Positions 44,426 to 54,501 are shown, counted from the first letter of the stretch. The stretch is DNA of 64,000 bases from Bacteroidales bacterium (GCA_007130125.1 SLSZ01000143.1:41852-105851), one strand, 5' to 3'. The notes: generated from the letters alone by a model not told the origin. Numbers and translations: made by a program.

Positions 44426-44445
44426 TTATCAAGAAGGTTTTAATG

Positions 44446-44805
44446 TTATTCATCTTCTTTTTCAAAGAAAACCTTTAGCAAAGTCTTTATAATGGCTCGG
44501 CCAAATATTCTGTCGCTGAAGAGGCAAAAAACAATTCCGAGCAGAAAGTAAAAGCCTCCAACAATTAGCAAACCATATATGTATGAATCCATAAGTTCAC
44601 CTAAATAAAGAGCGGCAGCCCCTGACAGAAACAACAGGGAACATGCGAATACCAGTAAAATAATTGCATTGGAAACAAAGACTTTTATAACATTTACAGC
44701 TTTTTCAAAAGCCACAAGCCCATAATACTGAACCTTTGTCTCCAGGTACTTAAAAAAATTAACTTTCAGCTCGGAAATTGTTTCAAGCAATGTTTTGCTT
44801 TTCAT
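44446..44805 (-). CDS. Small 2-TM membrane protein, Holin-X-like ('phage holin family protein' type)
   Basis: 119 aa. An amphipathic N-terminus followed by two long hydrophobic helices, in the position commonly occupied by this family downstream of YtxH genes. Confidence 0.5.
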   Translation of the reverse strand: MKSKTLLETISELKVNFFKYLETKVQYYGLVAFEKAVNVIKVFVSNAIILLVFACSLLFLSGAAALYLGELMDSYIYGLLIVGGFYFLLGIVFCLFSDRIFGRAIIKTLLKVFFEKEDE

Positions 44806-44836
44806 CGAATGTTGGTTTTGTTAGTGTATTGATTGA

Positions 44837-45091
44837 TTACTTTTCTGCTTCCGGCTTTGGCTTTTTAACCTTATCTTTAACTTCTTTGCCGGTTTCATCA
44901 ACATACTCTTTCATACTATCTATTTTTTCCGAAAGTTTGTGTGTTACATCATCTGTGTATTCTTTAGCTCTTTGATGAATTTTTTTGCGGGTTTCTTCAC
45001 CGCTTCTTGGTGCAAACAATATTCCTGCAGCAAGTCCTACCGCTGCTCCAAATATAAAACCAGCTAATGCTTTTCCTGTCGATTCTTTCAT
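44837..45091 (-). CDS. YtxH domain-containing protein
   Basis: 84 aa. GFIFGAAVGLAAGILFAPRSGEETRKKI is the canonical YtxH motif. Confidence 0.85.
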   Translation of the reverse strand: MKESTGKALAGFIFGAAVGLAAGILFAPRSGEETRKKIHQRAKEYTDDVTHKLSEKIDSMKEYVDETGKEVKDKVKKPKPEAEK

Positions 45092-45246
45092 GGTTATTTC
45101 ATTTTTAAATTAAACAATAAGTTTACATTCATTAATTTGCAATATACAATATTTGTTAGATAAATTCAAGTTAAAGCAAGATATTTTTTGATATTTTAGC
45201 ATTTAATGGGTCAAAAATTTATGTTTTTAAGGCAATCATGTTTTTT

Positions 45247-45993
45247 CTATTGTCCTTTACCCTTATTAAAGAAATTAATAAGCGGTTCTTTTTTTGATTT
45301 TAACGCATCTGAAAGAGTGCCTTCAAATATTGCCTTAGTGTTTTCCAGAAATATTACTCTGTCGGCAATGCGTAATATGCTGGATACTTCGTGGGTTACT
45401 ATGATTATAGACATTTTCATCAGCTTTTTAAGGTCAAGTATAAGTTGATCCAGAGAAGCCAGTGATACAGGGTCAAGGCCCGCACCGGGTTCATCGCAAA
45501 GCAACATTTGCGGGTCCATGACAATTGCTCTTGCAAGTGCGGCTCTTTTAAACATTCCTCCGCTCAATTGTGATGGATACATTTTATAGGTGTCTTGTAA
45601 ATAAACCAGGCTAAGTTTCATTTTCACAATCTCTTCAATTATTTCTTTTGGAAGATTGGTGTGTTGCTCCAATGGTAAGGCAACGTTTTCCCCTACTGTT
45701 AGTGAGCTTATAAGCCCGCCGTTCTGATAAAAGACACCCATCTTCATATAAAGCTTGGTTTGTTCACTTTCATCAAGAGTAGAAATATCTTTGCCTAATA
45801 CATTAATTTTGCCCTGCCTGATAGGATTTAACCCAAGTATTTGTCTAAGGACGGTTGTTTTTCCTGATCCGCTACCTCCCAGAATCACTGTAACCTGCCC
45901 GTTATATGCATTGAATGACACATCTGACAGCACGGTTTTACCATCAAAATCTACAGTCAGTCCAGCTACCTCTATGATTTTATCTAAATCCAT
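45247..45993 (-). CDS. ABC transporter ATP-binding protein, MlaF-like
   Basis: Walker A GGSGSGKTT, signature LSGGMFKRAALARA, Walker B LLCDEPGAGLD. Last gene of the Mla-like operon. Confidence 0.9.
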   Translation of the reverse strand: MDLDKIIEVAGLTVDFDGKTVLSDVSFNAYNGQVTVILGGSGSGKTTVLRQILGLNPIRQGKINVLGKDISTLDESEQTKLYMKMGVFYQNGGLISSLTVGENVALPLEQHTNLPKEIIEEIVKMKLSLVYLQDTYKMYPSQLSGGMFKRAALARAIVMDPQMLLCDEPGAGLDPVSLASLDQLILDLKKLMKMSIIIVTHEVSSILRIADRVIFLENTKAIFEGTLSDALKSKKEPLINFFNKGKGQ

Positions 45994-46062
45994 GAATGAT
46001 TAAAGTTTCAGCTTTTTATGCAAAAAAAAAATGTAGTTTACTGGTGTTAGGTTTAAATTTTA

Positions 46063-47199
46063 TCAAGTGTAAAATATCAGTCCAAGTATACTGTCAGCTA
46101 TAATAACTAAAGAAATAGCAACAACAACAGCTATTGTGGTGCTTTTTCCTACCCCTTCGGCTCCTTCTTTTACTCGCAATCCGAAAAAACTGCCTGTAAG
46201 CACTATAAGGCTGCCATATACCAGGCTTTTTATTATACTTGTAATAATATCTTTATTGTACAAAGAATGTCCCATTCGGTTAATAAATATTTCCGGAGTA
46301 ATGTCAAGGAAAATATTTGCAGCTACCATGCCTCCGGCAATACCGGCAATGTTTGCAAGTATTGTTAAGAATGGTATGGTTGATAAACATCCGTAAATTT
46401 TGGGTACTATTACAAACCTGACAGAATTTATACCCATAGTTTTCAAAGCATCCAGTTCTGCCGTTACTTTCATAGTTGCAACTTCAGCAGCTATTGCCGA
46501 GCCGCTTCTGCCGGCTACCAATATTGCTGTTATTAAAGGCCCCATTTGAGCCATCATTGCTATTACCGTAAGGTCAACGATGAATATGTCAGCTCCAAAG
46601 TGTCGTAATTGAGCAGATGATTGTAATGCAATTACAAGCCCTATAATAAAACTCATAACAACAACAATCAATGTAGCATTTACTCCGATAAGTATAGCCT
46701 GATTTACTACCTCCCCTTTTCTGCGGGCTTTACTATTAAAAAGATCATTTATTGACCAGTAAAAAACATCAGCAGCCAGATATAAAAACCGCATAAAATA
46801 ATCTGAAAAAAAAGAGTATAGGTTCTGGCCAATTGATTCTAGAAATGATGGCTTAAATGTTTGGATTTCAGCCGGAGGTTTTTGCATGCTGAAAAGCTCA
46901 AGCTTTTTACTTATTGATTCTGGAGCATCATCTATTCTTACGTTTATTCCTTTTTTAGTTAATTTGTTCTTAAGATAATTGATAGCAGTAACTCCGGCAC
47001 TGTCAATATCTTTTAAGTTTTTTAAATTCACAACAAGCACTTTTGACTTGTGTTTTTTTAGTTTTTTTAAAGCTTCTAAGACAAACTGTCCGGCTTGGTT
47101 GAATTTAAGGGAGTCGTAAAGGAATAATGTATTACCCTCAATAAAATATTCAGGTTGGCTTTTATTTTCTTGAGCTTGTTCTTTTTCTTTCTTTTGCAT
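46063..47199 (-). CDS. MlaE-family ABC permease with N-terminal STAS (MlaB-like) domain
   Basis: The N-terminal ~110 aa resemble a STAS domain (VLVVNLKNLKDIDSAGVTAINYLKNKL). The C-terminal ~260 aa carry MlaE motifs (GPLITAILVAGRSGSAIAAEVATMKVTAELDALKTMGI). I prefer ATG 47199 to the upstream non-ATG track start. Confidence 0.85.
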   Translation of the reverse strand: MQKKEKEQAQENKSQPEYFIEGNTLFLYDSLKFNQAGQFVLEALKKLKKHKSKVLVVNLKNLKDIDSAGVTAINYLKNKLTKKGINVRIDDAPESISKKLELFSMQKPPAEIQTFKPSFLESIGQNLYSFFSDYFMRFLYLAADVFYWSINDLFNSKARRKGEVVNQAILIGVNATLIVVVMSFIIGLVIALQSSAQLRHFGADIFIVDLTVIAMMAQMGPLITAILVAGRSGSAIAAEVATMKVTAELDALKTMGINSVRFVIVPKIYGCLSTIPFLTILANIAGIAGGMVAANIFLDITPEIFINRMGHSLYNKDIITSIIKSLVYGSLIVLTGSFFGLRVKEGAEGVGKSTTIAVVVAISLVIIADSILGLIFYT

Positions 47200-47262
47200 G
47201 AGCTGTTTTAAAAATAATGTTCTAAAAACAAGATTTCTACGCAAAATGAGCTTAAATTTGTT

Positions 47263-47874
47263 TTATTGCTCCATAATTGTTGAGGTGATTTTTTTTGTTG
47301 TATTTATCAGTTCCTGGTAAAACATTTCACTAATTGCAGCAGCAAAAAGGTTTATTTTGTTTTCTTCGAGTTGTTTATACCTGTCGGCTGAATGTTTCAA
47401 TATTACCTGGTCGGTTTGGATGTCTATAAGACGAAATTCAAGATTGATACGGGCTGATATTTTTTTTCTGTTTTCCAAGACTTCCAATTGGTATATTGTT
47501 GTTTCTAAACGGTAATCCGGCACTGTTCTCCAATATCTTGTGTCAACGCCTTTAAATACTTCATATCGTTCAAAAAATTCAATAATAATATTAGTAAAGT
47601 TTTCAGCCGGGCGTATAGCCCATTCATGGTTTCGGAAATACTCTACTTCATGTGTGTTTCCACGCAAAGCAATTCTGTTTGTAGCAAATGCCGGATAAAC
47701 GTTAACAGGGCTTACTTCACAAAACTTATCGATATTACTAATAGTATCTTTAAATACAGTCTTTTCTTGTGCCGGCATTTCAAGAACGTAATATCTTTTT
47801 GTTATATTTTTTTGTTGCCGGCATCCTGAAAACGCAACCAAAAAAAGCAATAGTATTATAAATATTTTATTCAT
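47263..47874 (-). CDS. ABC-type transport auxiliary lipoprotein (PqiC/DUF330-like)
   Basis: 203 aa. Lipoprotein signal LLFLVAFSGC. Sits between the MCE and permease genes. Family assignment rests on size, context and general pattern only. Confidence 0.55.
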   Translation of the reverse strand: MNKIFIILLLFLVAFSGCRQQKNITKRYYVLEMPAQEKTVFKDTISNIDKFCEVSPVNVYPAFATNRIALRGNTHEVEYFRNHEWAIRPAENFTNIIIEFFERYEVFKGVDTRYWRTVPDYRLETTIYQLEVLENRKKISARINLEFRLIDIQTDQVILKHSADRYKQLEENKINLFAAAISEMFYQELINTTKKITSTIMEQ

Positions 47875-47904
47875 AATATTATTAAATTAAAAATTAGTTT
47901 TTTG

Positions 47905-48912
47905 TTAATTATCCAAAAGTCTTTGATCAGGACCTTTTTCTTCTTTTCTTGTTCTTAATAACATAGATGGGTTTTCGTTTATCTGCCTTGAAGTTTCACT
48001 CAGGTTTTCCAGGGTGACTTTAAGCAGCTGCATGTTTTCAGCGAGGTCTTTGCTTGAACGATCTATGTCATCATCAATATTTGCCAAAAGTCTTTGCGTT
48101 TGCTCTGTAAGTTCAGCAAAGTTTTCTATCAGGTTTTTCAGATTAGCTTCCTTTAGTGTTAGTGAAATATCTCTTAGGTTACCCAAAACCTGGTCAACGG
48201 TGTCGCTATACATTATTTGGTTTACTCTTGCTATTGAGTTTTCCAGGTCTTTGCTTGTTTTGCCAAGTTGATAGCTAATTTCATTGACAGCAAGTACAGT
48301 CTCACGAATATCAGCCCTGTTTTCTTCTACCATTTCATCGGCTTTTGTTACTAGTGAATTTGCATTTATTGCAAGATCGGAAATATTTTCTATTGTAGTT
48401 GTGATTTTTTCCATGTTTTCGGGATGAGTAAAGGCCTGGAGATTGTTCAGTACTTGCTCTGTTTTTAAAGCAATAACTTCAGCTTTACCTGTGATATCAT
48501 CTGCAAATGAAACACCCGGCTTGATGAATTCATGTTCTTCCAAATAATCAGCTTCGTGGCTTCCGCCTCTGATCTCAATAGTTTTTAACCCCGTTATACC
48601 TATAGAAACTATATCAGCTACTGCGTCTTCCTTTATTGGCACGTCGGGCCTGATAGATAGTTCAACGATTATGCTGTTAAAATCTTCAGGGTTAATTCTT
48701 ATATCTGAAATCGAACCTATATTAATACCCATGTACTTGACAGGGCTTCCTGTTTCCAAACCGCTTACTGAAACATCATAATATGCAACATAATAGGTGT
48801 TTTTTGGCTCGAGTAAATGCCGGGCAGTAAAATAGCCCAATATGGATAATAAGGCTACAATACTTATAATAAAAAATATCCCCAGCCTTATTTTTTGTGC
48901 TTTTGTTTTCAT
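47905..48912 (-). CDS. MlaD-family (MCE domain) protein with long C-terminal helical region
   Basis: N-terminal TM. MCE core (SGLETGSPVKYMGINIGSISDIRI). I prefer ATG 48912 (MKTKAQKIRLGIFF...) to TTG 48939. Confidence 0.85.
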   Translation of the reverse strand: MKTKAQKIRLGIFFIISIVALLSILGYFTARHLLEPKNTYYVAYYDVSVSGLETGSPVKYMGINIGSISDIRINPEDFNSIIVELSIRPDVPIKEDAVADIVSIGITGLKTIEIRGGSHEADYLEEHEFIKPGVSFADDITGKAEVIALKTEQVLNNLQAFTHPENMEKITTTIENISDLAINANSLVTKADEMVEENRADIRETVLAVNEISYQLGKTSKDLENSIARVNQIMYSDTVDQVLGNLRDISLTLKEANLKNLIENFAELTEQTQRLLANIDDDIDRSSKDLAENMQLLKVTLENLSETSRQINENPSMLLRTRKEEKGPDQRLLDN

Positions 48913-49038
48913 TTTTAATAAGTATTGTTGATACAACAATATAAAGTTACAACATAAAGCAATTGAAATGTTAAAATTATTGTTAAAAATTTTGTTTTAA
49001 CTGAAGTTGTTTAAATATACGAAAAAAGGGTTTATTAT

Positions 49039-50262
49039 TTAAACAGCAACTGGTAATTGGAAATGAACTAATGACTTGTCAAGCAACTCGTAATAATAAT
49101 CAGACATTTCTTTGACAAGTCTTTTATAATGGTATTTCTGGCTGACATGATCCCATCCTGCTTTTGATAACATGATTCTGGAATCTTTATTTTCAACAAG
49201 CTGCAATAACTTTTCTGAAAAATCTTCAGGGTTATTTTGTGATATTAAAGCTGTTTTATCAGGTAAGATAACATTTTCTATGCCTCCTACGGCTGTTGTT
49301 ACTATTGGTTTGTTTGCTGCTTGTGCTTCAATAAGACTGACCGGAGTACCTTCATTTAAAGATGTTAAAGCAATAATATCCATTCCGGCATTAACTTTAT
49401 CCATTTCAGTTATCCAGCTTGTAAATGTGATTTGAGCATTATTAGATGTAGTATAACCGTTAACAGATATTTGACTCAGGCCCAGCTGCGAAGCTTTTTC
49501 TTCCAGGCGTTTGCGCAACTCTCCATCTCCTACTATAAAAGCCTTTACTTTTTTTGATGTTTTGCTTAAAAGTTTTTGTAAAGAAGCCAGAAACAACTCA
49601 TGGTTTTTAACGGGAACAAGCCGTCCTATAATGCCAATAGCTATCTCATCATCTTTGATCTTATATTTGCTTCTGAATTCAAAGCGTTTATAATCCATAT
49701 TTTCCGTAAACTGGTTCAGGTCAAATCCCAATGGAATTACTTTTATCTTGCCATTATCACAAATTCTGTATTTGTCAGAAAGGTCGTGTTTTTGGTTTTC
49801 GCTGATTGCAATTATTCCGGAACTTTTGTCTGCAAGTCTGCGTTCAATTTTTTTATAAAACCCGGCTTTCATATTGTTAAAATATGAGTCAAAAACATGC
49901 CCGTGGAATGTATGAACAACTACCGGAACTTTAAGGCTTGTAGCTGCCAACCTTCCTAGTGCTCCGGCCTTTGATGCATGTGTGTGCACAATATGAGGGC
50001 GATATTTGCGAATAATGTTTTTTATTTCTTGTAAAGCTTTATAGTCATTAACAGGAGAAATTTCCCTTCGCATGCAGGAGAGTGTAATAGGCTTAATTCC
50101 CAATTGATTTACGAGATATTCGGAATTTTTTTCAGAGCTGTCATTGGCTCCCCCAATAAGCATTGTGTCAAAGTCGGGATACATGTACTTGGTAAGATAA
50201 GCGGCATTGTGTGTAGGCCCACCTAAATTGAAACGGTTTAATATGCGCAATACTCTAAGCAT
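49039..50262 (-). CDS. Glycosyltransferase family 4
   Basis: MLRVLRILNRFNLGGP N-terminus. GT-B C-terminal EGTPVSLIEAQAANKPIVTTAVGG (E-x7-E region). I prefer ATG 50262 to TTG 50283. Confidence 0.85.
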   Translation of the reverse strand: MLRVLRILNRFNLGGPTHNAAYLTKYMYPDFDTMLIGGANDSSEKNSEYLVNQLGIKPITLSCMRREISPVNDYKALQEIKNIIRKYRPHIVHTHASKAGALGRLAATSLKVPVVVHTFHGHVFDSYFNNMKAGFYKKIERRLADKSSGIIAISENQKHDLSDKYRICDNGKIKVIPLGFDLNQFTENMDYKRFEFRSKYKIKDDEIAIGIIGRLVPVKNHELFLASLQKLLSKTSKKVKAFIVGDGELRKRLEEKASQLGLSQISVNGYTTSNNAQITFTSWITEMDKVNAGMDIIALTSLNEGTPVSLIEAQAANKPIVTTAVGGIENVILPDKTALISQNNPEDFSEKLLQLVENKDSRIMLSKAGWDHVSQKYHYKRLVKEMSDYYYELLDKSLVHFQLPVAV

Positions 50263-50325
50263 CAAAAGACAAAATTTGTGCAATATTACGAATTTTTTTT
50301 ATACAAAAACACGGTTTTTATACCC

Positions 50326-52224
50326 TTAATGACAAATATTTTTCCACCACTGTTGAAAAACTATTAAAGCCCAAATTCTGGCAGGTGTTTCTCCCGGATT
50401 GGATGAGTGTAATTGCTTCTTTAACTTGCTAATCTCCACCGGGTTGAATATGTCTTGTTCTTTAATAAAACTACTTTCTAAAACATCGTTGTTGATAAAA
50501 GTGTTTAATTCATTTTTCAACCATTTAAGTAAAGGCACTTCAAAGCCCTGCTTGTGGCGATTATGAAGCTCTCCGGGCAGCAAATAAGAAAAAGTATCTT
50601 TTAATATTTTCTTTCGGTTGTTTTTATCAATTTTATAGTTTTCAGGCATTGACATTACATAATCAGCAAGGTGATGGTCCAGGAAAGGCACCCTTATCTC
50701 AAGGGAGTTTGCCATTGACATCATGTCTACTTTAGTAAGCATATCGTAGGGTAATACCAGGTTCATGTCGGCATACAGGGTATTATTGATATCTTCCGGA
50801 CGGTTATTAAATATCCGGAGGAATGAATTTTTGCGTGAAAGATAATTCTCGGGCTCATTATTATCGTTTAAAATCCGTTTGGCATATTCTTCCGTTGAAA
50901 TACTGCACCAGCGCCAGTATCTTTCGGGCGCTGTTAACTTCATGCCTTCGCCAAAACGTGCTATTTGACGTATTTTATTTGCTAAATGATTATTGCGTGA
51001 TTGTGGCAGACCTGACAAAAGTGGATAAAGTAATGATGCCGCTTTTTCTTTGAAGCCGGGATGTAATGCCCGGTATTCCGCCATATGCTTGTTATATCCT
51101 GCAAACAACTCGTCAGCACCGTCACCCGACAACGCTACAGTAACTTTTTTGCGGGTTTGTTTTGACAATATATATACTGCCAGGGCAGAAGAATCAGCAA
51201 AAGGTTCATCAAAGTAATTTATGGTATCAAAAAGGGAGTTAAACAAGTCATCGTTAGTGAGACTGAAAACAGTATGGTTGGTGTTGTGCATTTTAGCAAC
51301 CATGTTAGCGTAATGGGTTTCATCAAACATCGGTTCATCCTTAAACCCAATGGAAAAGGTGTTCAGTTTATCAACATGCCTGGCGGCCAAGGCAGAAATG
51401 ATACTGCTGTCTATTCCACCACTCAAAAATGTGCCAAGTGGCACGTCTGATATAAGTCGCTTTATGACTGATGTCTCAAGCAAATTGTGTAATTTTTCAC
51501 AGGACTGTTCATATGAAGAAAAATGATTTGAGCTTTCGTCCGAAACAGCCAGGGTAAAGTATTTTTCTTCAACTACATTTGCAGATCCGTCAATATGAAC
51601 ATAATGACCTGGAGACAATTTTCTTACATTTTCGAAAATTGTCCAGGGACCCGGAATATAATTTAATTGTAAATATGTGTAGAGGGATGACTTATCAATA
51701 ACCTTTGGTATACCATATTTGATCAGGGCTTTCATTTCGGAAGCAAAAACGAATGTGTTTTTATCCCGGTAAAAGTATAGCGGCTTTATACCAAAACGGT
51801 CACGTGCAAGAAACAAGGATTTTTCTTTTTTATCATATATGGCAAATGAAAAAAAACCATTCAGCTCATCAAGACATTTTTTGCCTTTTTGGATATATAA
51901 ATAAAGTAAGACTTCGGTATCGCTTTTTGATTTAAAGTCGAAACCATTTTTTTGGAGCTTTTCCCTGTGACTTTTAAAATTATATATTTCTCCGTTGTAG
52001 ACGACTGTATATCTGCCGCTGGGATCAGTAAAGGGTTGTGCTGCAGCTTCTGTTACGTCGATGATAGAAAGCCTTGAATGGCCGAGCAACACTTTAGTGT
52101 CGGAATAAAAACCGGAATTATCGGGGCCTCTTTTATATAAACTATCAACGGCATTTTTTACCCGTTGTTGGTAATCTTCGATGTTTTCATCATTAAAATA
52201 ATATACTCCTGTTATTCCGCACAT
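50326..52224 (-). CDS. asnB: Asparagine synthase (glutamine-hydrolysing) family amidotransferase
   Basis: 632 aa. Ntn Cys (MCGITG). PP-loop SGGIDSS. It may be a glycan-modifying paralogue rather than the housekeeping AsnB. Confidence 0.85.
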   Translation of the reverse strand: MCGITGVYYFNDENIEDYQQRVKNAVDSLYKRGPDNSGFYSDTKVLLGHSRLSIIDVTEAAAQPFTDPSGRYTVVYNGEIYNFKSHREKLQKNGFDFKSKSDTEVLLYLYIQKGKKCLDELNGFFSFAIYDKKEKSLFLARDRFGIKPLYFYRDKNTFVFASEMKALIKYGIPKVIDKSSLYTYLQLNYIPGPWTIFENVRKLSPGHYVHIDGSANVVEEKYFTLAVSDESSNHFSSYEQSCEKLHNLLETSVIKRLISDVPLGTFLSGGIDSSIISALAARHVDKLNTFSIGFKDEPMFDETHYANMVAKMHNTNHTVFSLTNDDLFNSLFDTINYFDEPFADSSALAVYILSKQTRKKVTVALSGDGADELFAGYNKHMAEYRALHPGFKEKAASLLYPLLSGLPQSRNNHLANKIRQIARFGEGMKLTAPERYWRWCSISTEEYAKRILNDNNEPENYLSRKNSFLRIFNNRPEDINNTLYADMNLVLPYDMLTKVDMMSMANSLEIRVPFLDHHLADYVMSMPENYKIDKNNRKKILKDTFSYLLPGELHNRHKQGFEVPLLKWLKNELNTFINNDVLESSFIKEQDIFNPVEISKLKKQLHSSNPGETPARIWALIVFQQWWKNICH

Positions 52225-52242
52225 TTTATAAAAGTAATGTTT

Positions 52243-53637
52243 CTATACATGAATAGCTTCATCATAAGCTGCTGCTGCTGCTTCCATTATAGCTTCCGCC
52301 ATAGTGGGGTGTGGGTGTATTGATTTAATTATGTCGTGGGCGGTGCTTTTTAATTTTCTTCCCAGCACCCCTTCTGAAATCATCTCGGTAACGTTATCAC
52401 CAACCATATGTAATCCAAGCAGCTCGTCGGTTTTCTTATCAAAGACAACTTTAACAAGGCCATCCCTATTACCTGCAGCACTTGCTTTTCCTGAAGCCAT
52501 GAAAGGAAATTTTCCAATCTTGATTTCATATCCGGCTTCAAGGGCTGCTTTTTCGGTATATCCCACTGAAGCGACTTCGGGTATACAGTATGTGCACCCG
52601 GGAACATTGTTGTAATCAATAGGCCCGGGATCATGACCTGCAATTTTTTCAACACAGGTGATGGCCTCTGCTGATGCCACATGAGCAAGCGCTTGCCCCG
52701 GTGTTACATCTCCAATGGCATAATAACCTTCAATATTAGTGCGGTAAAACTCATCTATCACTATTTTTCCTTCAGAAGTCTTTATCCCGGTTTCCTCAAG
52801 GCCTATATTTTCAATGTTTGGAGTTATACCAACAGCAGATAATACAATGTCAGCTTCAATGGTTTCTTCACCTTTTTTCGATTTAATGGTGACGCTGCAT
52901 TTGTTATCATCAGTAACATCAACCTTCTCCACTGTGGAGCCGGTCATAACCTTGACACCCGATTTTTTAAATGACCGGGCCAGCTGTTTTGATATTTCTT
53001 CATCTTCAAGCGGCACAATATTTGGCATAAACTCAACCAAAGTGACTTTTGTGCCTATTGAATTGTAGAAGTAAGCAAATTCGGAGCCTATAGCTCCTGA
53101 GCCGACAACAACCATTGATTCCGGCTTTTTATCAAGAGTAAGAGCTTTGCGGTATCCTATTATTTTTTTTCCGTCTTGTTTCAGGTTTGGCAACTCTCTT
53201 GATCGTGCGCCTGTAGCTATTATGATATGATTTGCTTTTAATTCTTTGATATCTCCCTCAGCAGATTTAACTTCAAGGGTTTTCCCGGGCTTTATTTTAC
53301 CAACACCCCGGATTACTTCTATTTTGTTTTTCTTAAAAAGATACTGTATACCTTTGCTCATATTGTCAGCTACCTCTCTGCTTCTTTTTACCATAGCTTC
53401 AAGGTCGGCACTGACTTCCCCATTAAATGACACTCCATAGTTTTCGGCATTATTCAGGTATTTGAAGACTTGTGCACTTTTGAGAAGGGCTTTTGTTGGA
53501 ATACATCCCCAGTTAAGGCATACGCCGCCAAGCTCCGCTTTTTCCACTACACCTACTTTCATGCCAAGCTGCGAAGCTCTAATTGCTGCAACATAGCCGC
53601 CCGGGCCACTACCTAATACTAAAAGGTCAAAATTCAT
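52243..53637 (-). CDS. lpdA: Dihydrolipoyl dehydrogenase
   Basis: 464 aa. GSGPGGYVAAIRA, redox-active GGVCLNWGCIPTK, C-terminal HPHPT(M)AE dimerisation motif. Confidence 0.95.
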   Translation of the reverse strand: MNFDLLVLGSGPGGYVAAIRASQLGMKVGVVEKAELGGVCLNWGCIPTKALLKSAQVFKYLNNAENYGVSFNGEVSADLEAMVKRSREVADNMSKGIQYLFKKNKIEVIRGVGKIKPGKTLEVKSAEGDIKELKANHIIIATGARSRELPNLKQDGKKIIGYRKALTLDKKPESMVVVGSGAIGSEFAYFYNSIGTKVTLVEFMPNIVPLEDEEISKQLARSFKKSGVKVMTGSTVEKVDVTDDNKCSVTIKSKKGEETIEADIVLSAVGITPNIENIGLEETGIKTSEGKIVIDEFYRTNIEGYYAIGDVTPGQALAHVASAEAITCVEKIAGHDPGPIDYNNVPGCTYCIPEVASVGYTEKAALEAGYEIKIGKFPFMASGKASAAGNRDGLVKVVFDKKTDELLGLHMVGDNVTEMISEGVLGRKLKSTAHDIIKSIHPHPTMAEAIMEAAAAAYDEAIHV

Positions 53638-53757
53638 GGTTATATAAGTTTTTCTGTTTATAAATGTGTTTTAAAAAAGAAAGATGACACCCTTTTTTGA
53701 AATAATAAAGGTTGTCTTTTATTTAGCAGCTTTATACACTCCCTTAAATATGAGTGT

Positions 53758-54501
53758 TTACGCGTTCATATCATTTCTGACATCAATTATTTGTTTTATA
53801 ATCTCCGGGTCTTTTTCCGAAGCATTGCCCACCACGAGCAGGTCTGTACCGGCTTCCCATGATTCTTTTGCCTGGCTGGTGTTTCTAATGCCGCCACCGG
53901 TGATCAGTGGAATGTTTATATGTTCTTTAATAAGGCTTATCATTTTGGCAGGTATCGGTTTGTCTGCTCCGCTTCCGCCATCCAAATATATTGTTTTTAG
54001 TCCCAACATTTCACCAGCCATTGCCGTACATATCGCTATGTCATTTTTGTCGGAAGGTATAGGTAAAGTAGTGCTCATGTAGTGCACTGATGTTATTCTG
54101 CCACAGTCTATCAATATATATCCTGTAGGGATTACTTCCAGTCCGGAGCTTTTGATGTGTGGGGCTGCAATTACATGGTTGCCTATAAGCATCTCGGGAT
54201 TTCTGCCCGATATTAGCGATAAGAATAAAATCGCATCGGCTTTTGGGCTGATCTGCAAGTTGTTGCCCGGAAAAATCACAACAGGGAGACTACAGTTTTT
54301 ACGAAGCTCCTCAATGCATAACTCAAGGTCTCCGTTCATCAACAGGCTGCTCCCGACAAATAGATAATCAACCTTTAGTTTATCGCACTCACGGGCGATC
54401 TTTTTTGCATTATCAGGTGATGTTTTATCAGGGTCAACCAGTATAGCAAGCTGTTTGCGTTTTTCTTTGAACCCGGCGAAAATGCTTTGGTAAACATTCA
54501 T
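53758..54501 (-). CDS. Geranylgeranylglyceryl / heptaprenylglyceryl phosphate synthase (PcrB/GGGPS family)
   Basis: 247 aa TIM-barrel pattern: LAILVDPDK, YLFVGSS, LEVIPTGYILI, IYLDGGSGA, PLITGGGIR. Confidence 0.8.
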   Translation of the reverse strand: MNVYQSIFAGFKEKRKQLAILVDPDKTSPDNAKKIARECDKLKVDYLFVGSSLLMNGDLELCIEELRKNCSLPVVIFPGNNLQISPKADAILFLSLISGRNPEMLIGNHVIAAPHIKSSGLEVIPTGYILIDCGRITSVHYMSTTLPIPSDKNDIAICTAMAGEMLGLKTIYLDGGSGADKPIPAKMISLIKEHINIPLITGGGIRNTSQAKESWEAGTDLLVVGNASEKDPEIIKQIIDVRNDMNA

